NCBI RefSeq assembly: GCF_000017845.1
Contig: NC_010546.1
Coordinates: 2,700,001 to 2,732,000, forward strand
DNA: 32,000 bases
Reading direction: 5' to 3'
Source: Crocosphaera subtropica ATCC 51142
Lineage (GTDB): Bacteria; Cyanobacteriota; Cyanobacteriia; Cyanobacteriales; Microcystaceae
Shown here: positions 1 through 8,011 of the stretch, one piece after another
Numbering within the stretch: position 1 is the first letter of the stretch
Layout: every line of letters starts with the position of its first letter
Notes under the pieces: generated by a model
The model's input: the letters and a program-made list of their open reading frames with translations, nothing else
Database searches by the model: none
Told to the model about the DNA's origin: nothing
Program-made: the position numbers and the translations under genes

Positions 1-392
1 TTTCTTTACTAGATGGGGCGCAAACCTTACTGCCGGTGGCTTCTATTTATCATCTGGGGTTAGTCAGAGATGAAGAAACCTTAGAAAATACTTGTTATCT
101 GAATAAATTACCCGAAAAATTTGCCCCCAATACCCAAATTATTATTTTAGAACCCATGTTAGCCACGGGAGGGTCAATTATGACCGCTATGCAAGAAATT
201 GCCCAACGGGAGGCCGATATTAGTTTAGTTCGTATTATTTCGGTGGTGGCCGCCCCCCCTGCTTTGCAACAATTAAATACACATTATCCCAATTTGAACG
301 TCTATACCGCTATTATTGATGAAGGGATTAATGAGCAAGGTTACATTGTTCCTGGTTTGGGAGATGCAGGGGATCGCGCTTTTGGAACCTAG
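1..392 (+). CDS. upp: uracil phosphoribosyltransferase, C-terminal part (5' end outside window)
   Basis: The frame is open from nt 3 to the TAG at 390-392; the track ORF merely starts at an internal GTG at 36. It has the PRPP-loop-like ILEPMLATGGS and the family-typical C-terminus YIVPGLGDAGDRAFGT. Confidence 0.85.
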   Translation, partial: SLLDGAQTLLPVASIYHLGLVRDEETLENTCYLNKLPEKFAPNTQIIILEPMLATGGSIMTAMQEIAQREADISLVRIISVVAAPPALQQLNTHYPNLNVYTAIIDEGINEQGYIVPGLGDAGDRAFGT

Positions 393-453
393 GATGTAAC
401 TAGCATTAATCCTAAAAAAAATTACTAATAGATTAATATTTAGGTCAATTCTT

Positions 454-753
454 ATGAGTCAACGAGATGGATTTGCAAGCGGATTTTTAACCGGAACAAT
501 TGTCGGTGGCATTGTCGGGGGAATCATCGGAGCAGTGGTTTCGTCTCGTCTTGATAATAATGAAGAAGACGGAGATTCCTCCTTGTTTCAATCGGAAAAA
601 CGAGAAAAGTTAAACTCTGAAGAAAGCATTGAAATGGCCCGCCATCGTTTAGAAGATAAAATTGCTCAACTGAATCATGCTATTGATGATGTTCGCCAAC
701 AACTTGGCCCGGTGGACAAACATTCCTTAGAACAAGAAACCTCATCAGATTAG
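454..753 (+). CDS. YtxH-like small protein (Gly-rich N-terminal membrane helix plus charged coiled tail)
   Basis: 99-aa ORF. The N-terminus GFASGFLTGTIVGGIVGGIIGAVV is followed by an acidic/helical tail, as in YtxH-type general stress proteins. Confidence 0.55.
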   Translation: MSQRDGFASGFLTGTIVGGIVGGIIGAVVSSRLDNNEEDGDSSLFQSEKREKLNSEESIEMARHRLEDKIAQLNHAIDDVRQQLGPVDKHSLEQETSSD

Positions 754-782
754 CCCCTCTTAAGGAAACAGCCTCAGTAACT

Positions 783-801
783 GATAATTCTCATCAATAC
801 C
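783..801. promoter_or_regulatory. weak Fur-box-like site upstream of futA
   Basis: GATAATTCTCATCAATACC matches 14 of 19 positions of the classical Fur box GATAATGATAATCATTATC (hand alignment). It lies ~200 nt upstream of the futA coding start. Confidence 0.3.
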
Positions 802-962
802 TATGTAGGTCATCGATTTGTCAAAGATTGATGACCTAGATTCTATTATCTTTAAATTCTTCTAAACAAACTATACAAAGGTTATTTTAGTCATTTTTTC
901 TGACCTATAACCTTATCCTTTAGGAAAATTTTTTCTTTAACTATCAATAATAATTTTCAATA

Positions 963-2114
963 GTGCTACAATACGTCAGGCGAATAATAAGAATATATCT
1001 AAATCTATTGACCGTGAGTAAGTTATCGAGACGACTATTTTTGAGTGGAAGTACCGCATTAACCGTTGTGGGAGTCAGCCAACTGATGACCAGTTGTGGT
1101 AATAACAACAACAGCAATAATGCCCCAGAGAATACTTCGAGTCCCTCTGCAACCGAAACCACAGGAGAAGTTAACCTTTATTCTTCTCGTCACTACAACA
1201 CAGACACAGAGTTGTATGAAGGGTTTACCCAGGAAACCGGCATTAAAGTTAACCTAGTCGAAGGCAGTGCAGACGAACTGATCGAACGCATTAACAGCGA
1301 AGGGGAAAACACCCAAGCGGATATTTTAATGACCGTCGATGTAGCGAGACTATGGCGGGCCGAGGAAGCTGGTATTTTTGCCCCTACCACCTCAGCTATT
1401 TTAGAAGAGAGAGTTCCTGCATCGTTGCGGAACCCAGAGGGGTTATGGTTCGGGTTTACTAAACGAGCTAGGGTGATCATGTATAACCAAGATAAGGTTA
1501 ATCCTGAAGAATTATCCACCTACGAAGACCTAGCCGACCCAAAATGGAAGGGTAGAATCATTATTCGTCCTTCTAGCAATATTTACAATCAATCTTTGGT
1601 GGCTTCCTTAATTGAAACTCATGGAGAAGAACAAACCGAAGAATGGGTTAAAGGGTTTGTGGCTAACTTTGCTAGACCCCCTCAAAGTAATGATACTGGA
1701 CAAATTAAAGACGTGGCCGCAGGGGTAGGGGATATTACCTTAGCTAATACCTATTATCTCGCTCGTATGGCCAAAGACGATGATCCGGCCATGCAAGAAG
1801 TGGTCGAAAAAGTTAAAATCTTCTTTCCTAACCAAGACGGAAGAGGGGCCCATGTGAATATTAGTGGTGCCGGGGTGGTTAAAAATGCCCCCAATGCCGA
1901 AAATGCCGTTAAATTCTTGGAATATTTAACCACTGATACCGCACAAGAGTTTTTTGCCAAGGGTAACAATGAGTATCCTGTGGTTGAAGGGGTAAGCGTT
2001 GATCCAGTTTTAGACAGTTTTGGGTCTTTTAAAGCAGATGATACGAATATCGCTGCATTTGGTCCCAATTTAGCCACTGCTGTCCAAGTGATGAACCGTG
2101 GCGGGTGGCAGTAG
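963..2114 (+). CDS. futA: Fe(III) ABC-transporter periplasmic substrate-binding protein (FutA/IdiA family), Tat-type signal plus lipobox
   Basis: Twin-arginine signal SRRLFLSGSTAL and lipobox LMTSCG. The mature part (VNLYSSRHYNTD...RIIIRPSSNIYNQSL...ANTYY) is typical of FutA/IdiA/SfuA. There is no in-frame ATG before the signal peptide, so the start must be non-ATG (GTG 963, TTG 1008 or GTG 1014; 1008/1014 most plausible). Confidence 0.85.
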   Translation: MLQYVRRIIRIYLNLLTVSKLSRRLFLSGSTALTVVGVSQLMTSCGNNNNSNNAPENTSSPSATETTGEVNLYSSRHYNTDTELYEGFTQETGIKVNLVEGSADELIERINSEGENTQADILMTVDVARLWRAEEAGIFAPTTSAILEERVPASLRNPEGLWFGFTKRARVIMYNQDKVNPEELSTYEDLADPKWKGRIIIRPSSNIYNQSLVASLIETHGEEQTEEWVKGFVANFARPPQSNDTGQIKDVAAGVGDITLANTYYLARMAKDDDPAMQEVVEKVKIFFPNQDGRGAHVNISGAGVVKNAPNAENAVKFLEYLTTDTAQEFFAKGNNEYPVVEGVSVDPVLDSFGSFKADDTNIAAFGPNLATAVQVMNRGGWQ

Positions 2115-2166
2115 TTGAGTTCGGGGTTCAGGGTTAATGTATCTCCTAGTCTCCTGACTTAAATGC

Positions 2167-2187
2167 GGGCTTAATATCATTAAGCCC
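2167..2187 (+). terminator. 9-bp stem hairpin downstream of futA (no U-tract)
   Basis: GGGCTTAAT-atc-ATTAAGCCC is a perfect stem, 53 nt after the futA stop. It is not followed by a T-run, so a terminator role is uncertain. Confidence 0.3.
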
Positions 2188-2225
2188 CTACTGACGGCTA
2201 ACTCCTCTGAAAAAGATACATGACA

Positions 2226-2244
2226 TATAATGATAATCATTATC
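2226..2244. promoter_or_regulatory. near-consensus Fur box overlapping a TATAAT -10 element, upstream of the porin gene
   Basis: TATAATGATAATCATTATC matches 18 of 19 positions of the GATAATGATAATCATTATC consensus. Its first six nt are TATAAT. It ends 25 nt before the porin ATG at 2269. Confidence 0.65.
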
Positions 2245-2268
2245 AATTTTGCCAGTGTGAGGAATGAA

Positions 2269-4020
2269 ATGATTAACCGTTTTTTTTTATTGAATCCTAT
2301 AATCCTAGGGTTAGGAATGATTTTGTTTTCTGCGTCCACAACTCAAGCGTTACCTCAGCAAGACTCGGCTTTTCGGGAGTCCCGTGATGATTTTTTGCCC
2401 CGTTCGGGAACGATGTTCCTAGAAGAAAAAAAAACCTCACCTCTTCCTAAGTTACCTAAACCTGATCGCCACTTTCAATTAAGACAGTCTCGCGATGGCT
2501 TTTTGAACCCGGCCAGTCGTCGTCAAGGTTCGGTGTCTCAAGTTACCAGTGTTTCGGAATTACAAGACATTTCCCCTACCGACTGGGCCTATGAAGCTTT
2601 ACGCAGTCTTGTAGAACGGTATGGCTGTATCGTCGGTTATCCTGACCGTACCTTTCGGGGCAATAGGGCTTTATCCCGTTACGAATTCGCTGCCGGCTTA
2701 AATGCCTGTATGAATACCATAGAACGATTAATCCAGGAAAATGTTGCCGTTTTACGGGAAGACATCGAAAAATTAAAACGGTTAGCCCAAGAATTTGAAC
2801 AAGAATTGATCGCTTTGGGCGCAAGGTTGAGCAATTTAGAGGAACGGGTCGCTTACCTTGAAGATCATCAGTTTTCCACCACCACTAAGTTAACTGGGGA
2901 GTTTGTGGTCGGTTTAACCGGTATTACCAGTGGACAAAGAGACGGAGGCAGCGAAGAAATTAACAAAGTGACTAACTTCGGTTACAGGGGACGACTGGAA
3001 TTAAATACCACGTTTGATGGCAATGATTTGCTCTACACCCGTCTCGCAACTGGCACTGTACCCGCCTATTCTGACATCACAGGGACGTTTGAAGGAGAAT
3101 TAGGCTTTTCCCAACCTGACGGGAGTGATCTTGCCGTAGAACTGATTATTTACGAGTTTGACCTGGCAGAAAATATCAGGATGTTTGTGGAACCGGTTGG
3201 GGGTGCGTTTGATGACTTTGTGCCAACAGTCAACTTTTTAGACGGTGACGGGGCGTTTGGTGCCATTTCTGCCTTTGGGAGTCGTAACCCCATCTATTAC
3301 ATGGGTGAAGGTCCAGGAATTGGCTTTCAGGGTCGTTTATTTGAGGTATTTGAGTGGAGTGGGGGTTATTTAGCTACCGATGGTAATGATCCCTCCTTGG
3401 GGGCAGGGATGTTTAATGGTCCTTATGGGTTAATAGGACAATTTGCTTATGAACCCAGTGATCGGTTAAAAGTAGCGTTTACCTATGTTCATGGTTACAA
3501 TAATTTGGACTCCGGAACAGGAACCCTTCGCTCCAATTTTCAAACTTTTGTCGAAGAAGAATTTGAGCAGTCTGTAAATACGGTTAATAATTCCTACGGA
3601 ATGGAATTTACTTGGCGTATTTTTGACAGGTTTGTGTTAGGTGGTTGGGGTGGTTTTACCAGTACGAGAACTCTGGGTGCTATTGATATTGGTGAAGAGT
3701 TTGATGTGATTCAACGGGGTAAGTTAGATATTTGGAATTGGGCGGTAACATTAGCTTTTCCTGATGCGTTTAAAGAAGGGGATACGGGAGCCATTATTGT
3801 CGGGATGGAACCGTGGGTTTCTAAGGCCGATATTAATTTTCCCGATGATTTAAGAAAAACGGATCAAGATAGTTCTTTTCATATTGAAGCCATTTATCAA
3901 TATCCTATTAATGACAACATTGTAATTACCCCTGGCATTATTGTTATTACTGAGCCTGATTTTGATGATCGAAATGAAGCGTTAGTGATTGGTACAATTC
4001 GCACAACTTTTACCTTTTAA
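2269..4020 (+). CDS. outer-membrane porin, SLH domain plus coiled coil plus OprB-type beta-barrel (cyanobacterial Slr1841/SomA-like)
   Basis: Start moved from the track's 2230 to ATG 2269, which has GAGGAA 5 nt upstream and a signal peptide MINRFFLLNPIILGLGMILFSASTTQA. The SLH motif is DISPTDWAYEALRSLVERYGCIVGYPDRTFRGNRALSRYEFAAGLNACM. This is followed by a heptad coiled coil, then an aromatic/Gly-rich barrel ending in ...IRTTFTF. Confidence 0.85.
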   Translation: MINRFFLLNPIILGLGMILFSASTTQALPQQDSAFRESRDDFLPRSGTMFLEEKKTSPLPKLPKPDRHFQLRQSRDGFLNPASRRQGSVSQVTSVSELQDISPTDWAYEALRSLVERYGCIVGYPDRTFRGNRALSRYEFAAGLNACMNTIERLIQENVAVLREDIEKLKRLAQEFEQELIALGARLSNLEERVAYLEDHQFSTTTKLTGEFVVGLTGITSGQRDGGSEEINKVTNFGYRGRLELNTTFDGNDLLYTRLATGTVPAYSDITGTFEGELGFSQPDGSDLAVELIIYEFDLAENIRMFVEPVGGAFDDFVPTVNFLDGDGAFGAISAFGSRNPIYYMGEGPGIGFQGRLFEVFEWSGGYLATDGNDPSLGAGMFNGPYGLIGQFAYEPSDRLKVAFTYVHGYNNLDSGTGTLRSNFQTFVEEEFEQSVNTVNNSYGMEFTWRIFDRFVLGGWGGFTSTRTLGAIDIGEEFDVIQRGKLDIWNWAVTLAFPDAFKEGDTGAIIVGMEPWVSKADINFPDDLRKTDQDSSFHIEAIYQYPINDNIVITPGIIVITEPDFDDRNEALVIGTIRTTFTF

Positions 4021-4090
4021 TAGCTTAGAAGTGTTATAAAAAAATGAATTCATCTTAGTCTATCTAACTCAAAATAAACGGCTTGAAAAT

Positions 4091-4114
4091 AGAGAGAATT
4101 TATAAATTCTCTCT
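4091..4114. promoter_or_regulatory. perfect 24-bp palindrome between porin and feoA (operator or AT-rich hairpin)
   Basis: AGAGAGAATTTATAAATTCTCTCT is identical to its own reverse complement. It lies 71 nt after the porin stop and 37 nt before the feoA ATG. No flanking T-run. Confidence 0.4.
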
Positions 4115-4150
4115 AACCCCAAAAAATTAACTCTTTTCTCAGAAAAAACA

Positions 4151-4399
4151 ATGAACAAAATTGTGAGAACTTATCTAAGAGAACTGCCAGTCGGTGCCAT
4201 CGGTTATATTGTCGGATATGACAAAATTTTTAAAGGCTATCAAGGTAAATTGTTAGCCATGGGATTGACCCCAGGTACTCAATTTATTGTCATTCGTCAA
4301 GCTTCAAAATATTGGCCAATAATCTTAGAAGTTCGAGGAAATTTAATCAAATTAACCCAACCTGAAGCTGATGCTTTATGTATTGAAGAAGAAGACTAA
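4151..4399 (+). CDS. feoA: FeoA-domain protein (SH3-like), no feoB nearby
   Basis: 82-aa ORF. LRELPVGAIGYIVGY...LLAMGLTPGTQFIVIRQA...PIILEVRGNLIKLTQPEADALCIE matches the FeoA fold pattern. Confidence 0.8.
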   Translation: MNKIVRTYLRELPVGAIGYIVGYDKIFKGYQGKLLAMGLTPGTQFIVIRQASKYWPIILEVRGNLIKLTQPEADALCIEEED

Positions 4400-4401
4400 T
4401 T

Positions 4402-5412
4402 ATGTCACAAGTTTCACCCCATTTACCGTTTAATCCTTTAAGTCGTCGCCAAATTTTACAAGGGTCATTAACCTTGTTAGGACTGGGTTTGGCAGGAGGA
4501 ACGATAGGATTAAGACATTTATTGAATCAAGTTAATTCTACTGTTAAAATTCCTGAAATTGAACTGAATAATAATCCCATTTTAGACAATCCGTTTAATC
4601 CCATGACCATCCTTAGAGAGTTTGATTATGGTACAGTTAAACAGGAAAAGGGGCAACGGATTCGGGAATTTGAAGTGACGGCAAAAAGTAGTTTATTGCA
4701 TCTTAATAGTACCTTAAATTTTATTACTTGGAATCTTAACGATCGTGTTCCTGGCCCCACGTTAAGAGCAAAAGAAGGGGAAAAAATCCGCATTATTTTT
4801 CATAACGAAGACGGTCATTCCCATACCCTACATTTTCATGGGACACATCCATCAGAAATGGACGGAGTAACCCCTATTCGTCACGGAAAAACTGCTACTT
4901 ATGAATTTGAAGCTAAACCCTTCGGAGTGCATCTTTATCATTGTCATGTTGCTCCAGTTACTCGCCACATTAGTAAAGGGTTATATGGTATGTTTATTGT
5001 TGATCCGCCTTCCCCTCGTCCCTCGGCTGATGAAATGGTTATGGTATTAGGGGGATACGATATAAATAATCAACAAAAAAATGATGTTTATGCCTTTAAT
5101 GGCATACCTAATTATTATCGAGATTATCCCATTCCTATCTATCAGAATCAATTAATTCGACTCTATATTTTGAATATGATTGAGTTTGATCCAGTGGCAA
5201 CCTTTCATATTCATGGCAATATGTTTAAAGTGTATCGTACCGGTCGCAGTTTAACCCCAGATGAAGAAACTGATATGATTACAATGGGAACGGCAGAACG
5301 TCATATTTTAGAATTTTCTTATCAGTATCCTGGGGAATTTATGTTTCATCCTCACCAAGATATGATAGCTGAATATGGATGTTTAGGTAAATTTAAGGTT
5401 TTGGAAAGCTAA
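4402..5412 (+). CDS. Tat-exported two-domain cupredoxin / multicopper oxidase, NirK-like
   Basis: Tat motif SRRQILQGSLTLLGLGLAGG. Copper-ligand-like motifs: HTLHFHG; YHCHVAPVTRHISKGLYGM (Cys-His...His...Met spacing as in type-1/type-2 Cu sites of NirK); HIHG; FHPHQDM. The ATG is 2 nt after the feoA stop. Confidence 0.75.
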   Translation: MSQVSPHLPFNPLSRRQILQGSLTLLGLGLAGGTIGLRHLLNQVNSTVKIPEIELNNNPILDNPFNPMTILREFDYGTVKQEKGQRIREFEVTAKSSLLHLNSTLNFITWNLNDRVPGPTLRAKEGEKIRIIFHNEDGHSHTLHFHGTHPSEMDGVTPIRHGKTATYEFEAKPFGVHLYHCHVAPVTRHISKGLYGMFIVDPPSPRPSADEMVMVLGGYDINNQQKNDVYAFNGIPNYYRDYPIPIYQNQLIRLYILNMIEFDPVATFHIHGNMFKVYRTGRSLTPDEETDMITMGTAERHILEFSYQYPGEFMFHPHQDMIAEYGCLGKFKVLES

Positions 5413-5467
5413 GTTATATATAATTAGAATCAATTCAGAGAAAATAAGTATTAAATAAGGAGTAACG

Positions 5468-6235
5468 ATGAAAAAAATAAGTTATTTATCTTTTCTTTTT
5501 TTAGTCCCTTTTGCTGTTACTTTGACCAGTTGTAGCACTCCCTCAGAAAATAAAGATACTACTCAAACTTCTGCCCCAGAAGTTGTTGAAACAAAAACAG
5601 AAGAGGGAGACACAGACTATTTAACCAGTTTAGGGTTAATGAAAGGTCATTTGATGGTAGCTAAAGACTTAATGGAACAAGGAAAATATGAAGAAGCAGA
5701 ACCCCATGTTGGCCATCCTGTTGAAGAGTTATATGGCACTATTGAACCTGAACTCAGTAAACGCAATGTTACTGATTTTAAAATGACCTTAAATCAGTTT
5801 CATGATGGTATTAAAACCAATCCTAAATCCGAAAAAATGAAGGAATTATATGAAAATTCCATGACAGCGATAGATCAGGCGATCGCAGCCGTTCCCACAG
5901 AAAAATTACAATCTCCTGAAACGGTTTTGCCTGTGATTAACGGACTTTTAGCTACCGCAAATGCAGAATATCAAGCAGCGATCGCCAACAACAAATTTGT
6001 AGAATTAATCGAATATCAAGATTCCATGGGATTTGTTGCTTATGCAGAGGAAATCTATCAACCCATTGCTGACACCATGAGTCAACAATATCCCGAAAAA
6101 CACGAAGTGATCACCACAAGTTTAGCAGAATTAAAAACAGCTTGGCCCTCGGTTAATGCACCAGAAACTCCAGTGATGTCCCCTGAAAAAGTCAATGAAT
6201 TAGTGACAAAAATCCAAGAAAGTAGTACACTATAA
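5468..6235 (+). CDS. lipoprotein of unknown function (all-helical; HxxE-containing)
   Basis: AAGGAG Shine-Dalgarno 6 nt upstream. Signal plus lipobox MKKISYLSFLFLVPFAVTLTSC. The mature part is Glu/Lys-rich and helical, with HVGHPVEE. Confidence 0.7.
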   Translation: MKKISYLSFLFLVPFAVTLTSCSTPSENKDTTQTSAPEVVETKTEEGDTDYLTSLGLMKGHLMVAKDLMEQGKYEEAEPHVGHPVEELYGTIEPELSKRNVTDFKMTLNQFHDGIKTNPKSEKMKELYENSMTAIDQAIAAVPTEKLQSPETVLPVINGLLATANAEYQAAIANNKFVELIEYQDSMGFVAYAEEIYQPIADTMSQQYPEKHEVITTSLAELKTAWPSVNAPETPVMSPEKVNELVTKIQESSTL

Positions 6236-6276
6236 TCGAATTTAGGATGATCTGTTGCCCTAACCTAAAGTAGATT

Positions 6277-6316
6277 GATACAGGCTTATTATTGAGCAAT
6301 AAGCTGTATCAGTTTT
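6277..6316 (+). terminator. hairpin plus T-run between convergent genes
   Basis: GATACAGGCTTATT-attgagc-AATAAGCTGTATC (13 bp stem, one bulged G) followed by AGTTTT. It sits between the lipoprotein stop (6235) and the stop of the minus-strand gene (6325). Confidence 0.45.
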
Positions 6317-6324
6317 CCCCAACA

Positions 6325-6699
6325 TTAATGGTTCATACAACTACCATCTTCTTTATGGGGAGTCGGTTCTAATGTTACGATATTACCTTTCATTACTCCC
6401 TGAATCGCTGTTAAGGGATCGGTTTCTGAAGTAATATAAACTGTAATGCCACGACGACTTAAACGCTCTTTTAAGCCAACTCCGGCTTCTCCTGTAATTA
6501 AGATACTCTGATCTAAAGGATGAGGAGTGATATCATCATCGTGAAGATCGTGGAATGTGGGTTGAGTTTCAGGAACTTCTAACTTTTCGAGTAAAGTTGG
6601 TTCAACCTCTTGAGTCGCTTCATAAACTAAGAACTTACGAGCGCGACCGGTTTTCCCTGTAATGGTCTGAAAATCATCACTCACAAGGGCAAACTTCAT
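6325..6699 (-). CDS. NifX/NifB-type dinitrogenase FeMo-cofactor biosynthesis domain protein
   Basis: MKFALVSDDFQTITGKTGRARKFLVYE resembles the N-terminal signature of the NifX-NifB family (MKIA..S.D......HFG.A..F.IYE). Confidence 0.6.
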   Translation of the reverse strand: MKFALVSDDFQTITGKTGRARKFLVYEATQEVEPTLLEKLEVPETQPTFHDLHDDDITPHPLDQSILITGEAGVGLKERLSRRGITVYITSETDPLTAIQGVMKGNIVTLEPTPHKEDGSCMNH

Positions 6700-6838
6700 G
6701 GCTAATTTACCTATTTTTTAGTCTATTTTTAGTTTAGAAATATTAGCACGGGATAATTTATAAACTGTTAAAAATAAGAAAAAATTAACGGGGAAGCCTC
6801 TCGACCTCCCCGTTTAATGCTTATGATTCAATACTTGT

Positions 6839-7129
6839 TTATCCTAAGCCAAGTTCTTCTGCTAAACGTAACGACATTGAGTCGGCTCGGTCAATTTGTT
6901 TTTGCTGACGACGCAAGATTAACCAGCGTGACTTCTCTTTAATAGCATCGTCTGAAGTTGGGTTATTGTCGTATTTTACACCCCGCCAAGTCAAGTTAGC
7001 ATTGGGTTGAAGCGTAACTGAATTATGGTGATTACGAAACCGCCAATCATGCTCTTGGCTTGAAGTAGAAGCGAGTTCTACTGTAGGGGGATTATAATCA
7101 TAGCTAACACCACGATAAGTAAGTTGCAT
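6839..7129 (-). CDS. DUF4278-family cyanobacterial protein
   Basis: MQLTYRGVSYDYNPP... and an internal second LTWRGVKYD repeat are the hallmark of DUF4278. Confidence 0.7.
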   Translation of the reverse strand: MQLTYRGVSYDYNPPTVELASTSSQEHDWRFRNHHNSVTLQPNANLTWRGVKYDNNPTSDDAIKEKSRWLILRRQQKQIDRADSMSLRLAEELGLG

Positions 7130-7434
7130 CCTCGTTGCCTCCGAATAGTTGTCATGGTTGTGATCGGTAGGCGCGTTCCTTCAGGAAAAATCCTTACTTC
7201 CGTCCCTCCATTGTTGATGAATGTCTGCTGGAAAGGATGAACGATTTATTTCTTTTCTGTATCTATTGTTACAGATTTTTTTGAGAATGTCAAGTAATGA
7301 GACTTCATATGAGTATAAGCAATCTTGATAGTCAAATGACAAAGCCCTTGATTGTCAAGCTTTCATCATAAAAGTTTATGTAGTCTTAATATTTTGTTAC
7401 ATTATAGAGGTAGTAACTTCACACACAAGTCTTT

Positions 7435-7776
7435 ATGTTTACTATTCCAGCACCCTTCAAAAATAGATCAGAAGTTTCTGACCTCAAAGAACGCCTTGAC
7501 TGGGGCGAACCCGCCTTAACCATCATTGACGTTAGAGATCGAGAAGCTTTTAATCAGAGTCATATTACTGGCGCTGTTTCTCTTCCTATGGATGAATTAG
7601 TCAATAGAGCCTTAAATAACTTTGAACTGATTCGTGACATTTACATTTACGGCGCAACAGAAAAGGAAACAGCCTTAGGGGTTACCAAACTTCGCCTTGC
7701 TGGATATAAAAAGGTCGCTGAATTAGTTGGCGGTTTAAATGCTTGGAAAGCTTCTGGTTATCCCGTTGAAGGATAA
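7435..7776 (+). CDS. single-domain rhodanese-homology protein lacking the catalytic cysteine
   Basis: LTIIDVRDREAFNQSHITGAVSLP ... IYIYGATEKETA ... GGLNAWKASGYPVE has the rhodanese fold pattern. The whole 113-aa protein contains no Cys. Confidence 0.8.
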   Translation: MFTIPAPFKNRSEVSDLKERLDWGEPALTIIDVRDREAFNQSHITGAVSLPMDELVNRALNNFELIRDIYIYGATEKETALGVTKLRLAGYKKVAELVGGLNAWKASGYPVEG

Positions 7777-7802
7777 TTAACTAACTTTTAGATAAAGAAT
7801 GA

Positions 7803-7835
7803 CTACCTCAGATAATCCGTCTGGGGTAGGTTTTT
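7803..7835 (+). terminator. rho-independent terminator after the rhodanese gene
   Basis: Stem CTACCTCAGA / TCTGGGGTAG (10 bp including one G-U), 7-nt loop, then G plus TTTTT. Confidence 0.55.
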
Positions 7836-7853
7836 GTTGCGGGAACTAATTTT

Positions 7854-7884
7854 CTGAGGGGTGCGTAGAATTTGCCCAGCTATA
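7854..7884 (+). repeat. left copy of 31-bp imperfect direct repeat (pseudo 3' end of larB)
   Basis: CTGAGGGGTGCGTAGAATTTGCCCAGCTATA versus 10957..10987 CTGAGCGGTGCGTAAAATTTGCCCTGCTAAA: 27 of 31 identical by hand alignment. On the minus strand it reads IAGQILRTPQ, compared with ILAGQILRTAQ at the real larB C-terminus. Confidence 0.55.
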
Positions 7885-7894
7885 CCGCTATGCG

Positions 7895-7919
7895 AAAGGC
7901 AAAAGGCAAAAGGCAAAAG
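7895..7919. repeat. heptamer tandem repeat (AAAAGGC x3 plus partials), STRR-like
   Basis: gAAAGGC AAAAGGC AAAAGGC AAAAG, read directly; immediately inside the left islet boundary. Confidence 0.6.
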
Positions 7920-8011
7920 TAGGCCAGAAAAGAGTTTCAGGGGTTGTGAATGTCCTAACAAAAATGCGTAGTGCTATAAAATCATTGTTTTCAAGTAGGT
8001 TAGCCAATGTT

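Noticed and set aside
944-2339. Minus-strand track ORFs 944..1162, 1193..1519, 1754..2077 and 2070..2339, overlapping futA and the porin start
   Set aside because: They lie antisense to a strongly supported futA coding frame, have low-complexity Ser/Leu-rich translations and no recognisable motifs, and look like shadow ORFs.
2576-2824. 82-aa minus-strand ORF inside the porin gene
   Set aside because: Antisense shadow ORF within the SLH/coiled-coil coding region; the Arg-rich translation has no motif.
7895-7919. Tandem repeats as possible CRISPR arrays (also 26021..26049 and 30962..30986)
   Set aside because: The units are 7-14 bp with no unique spacers and at most 3-4 copies, so these are not CRISPR arrays.
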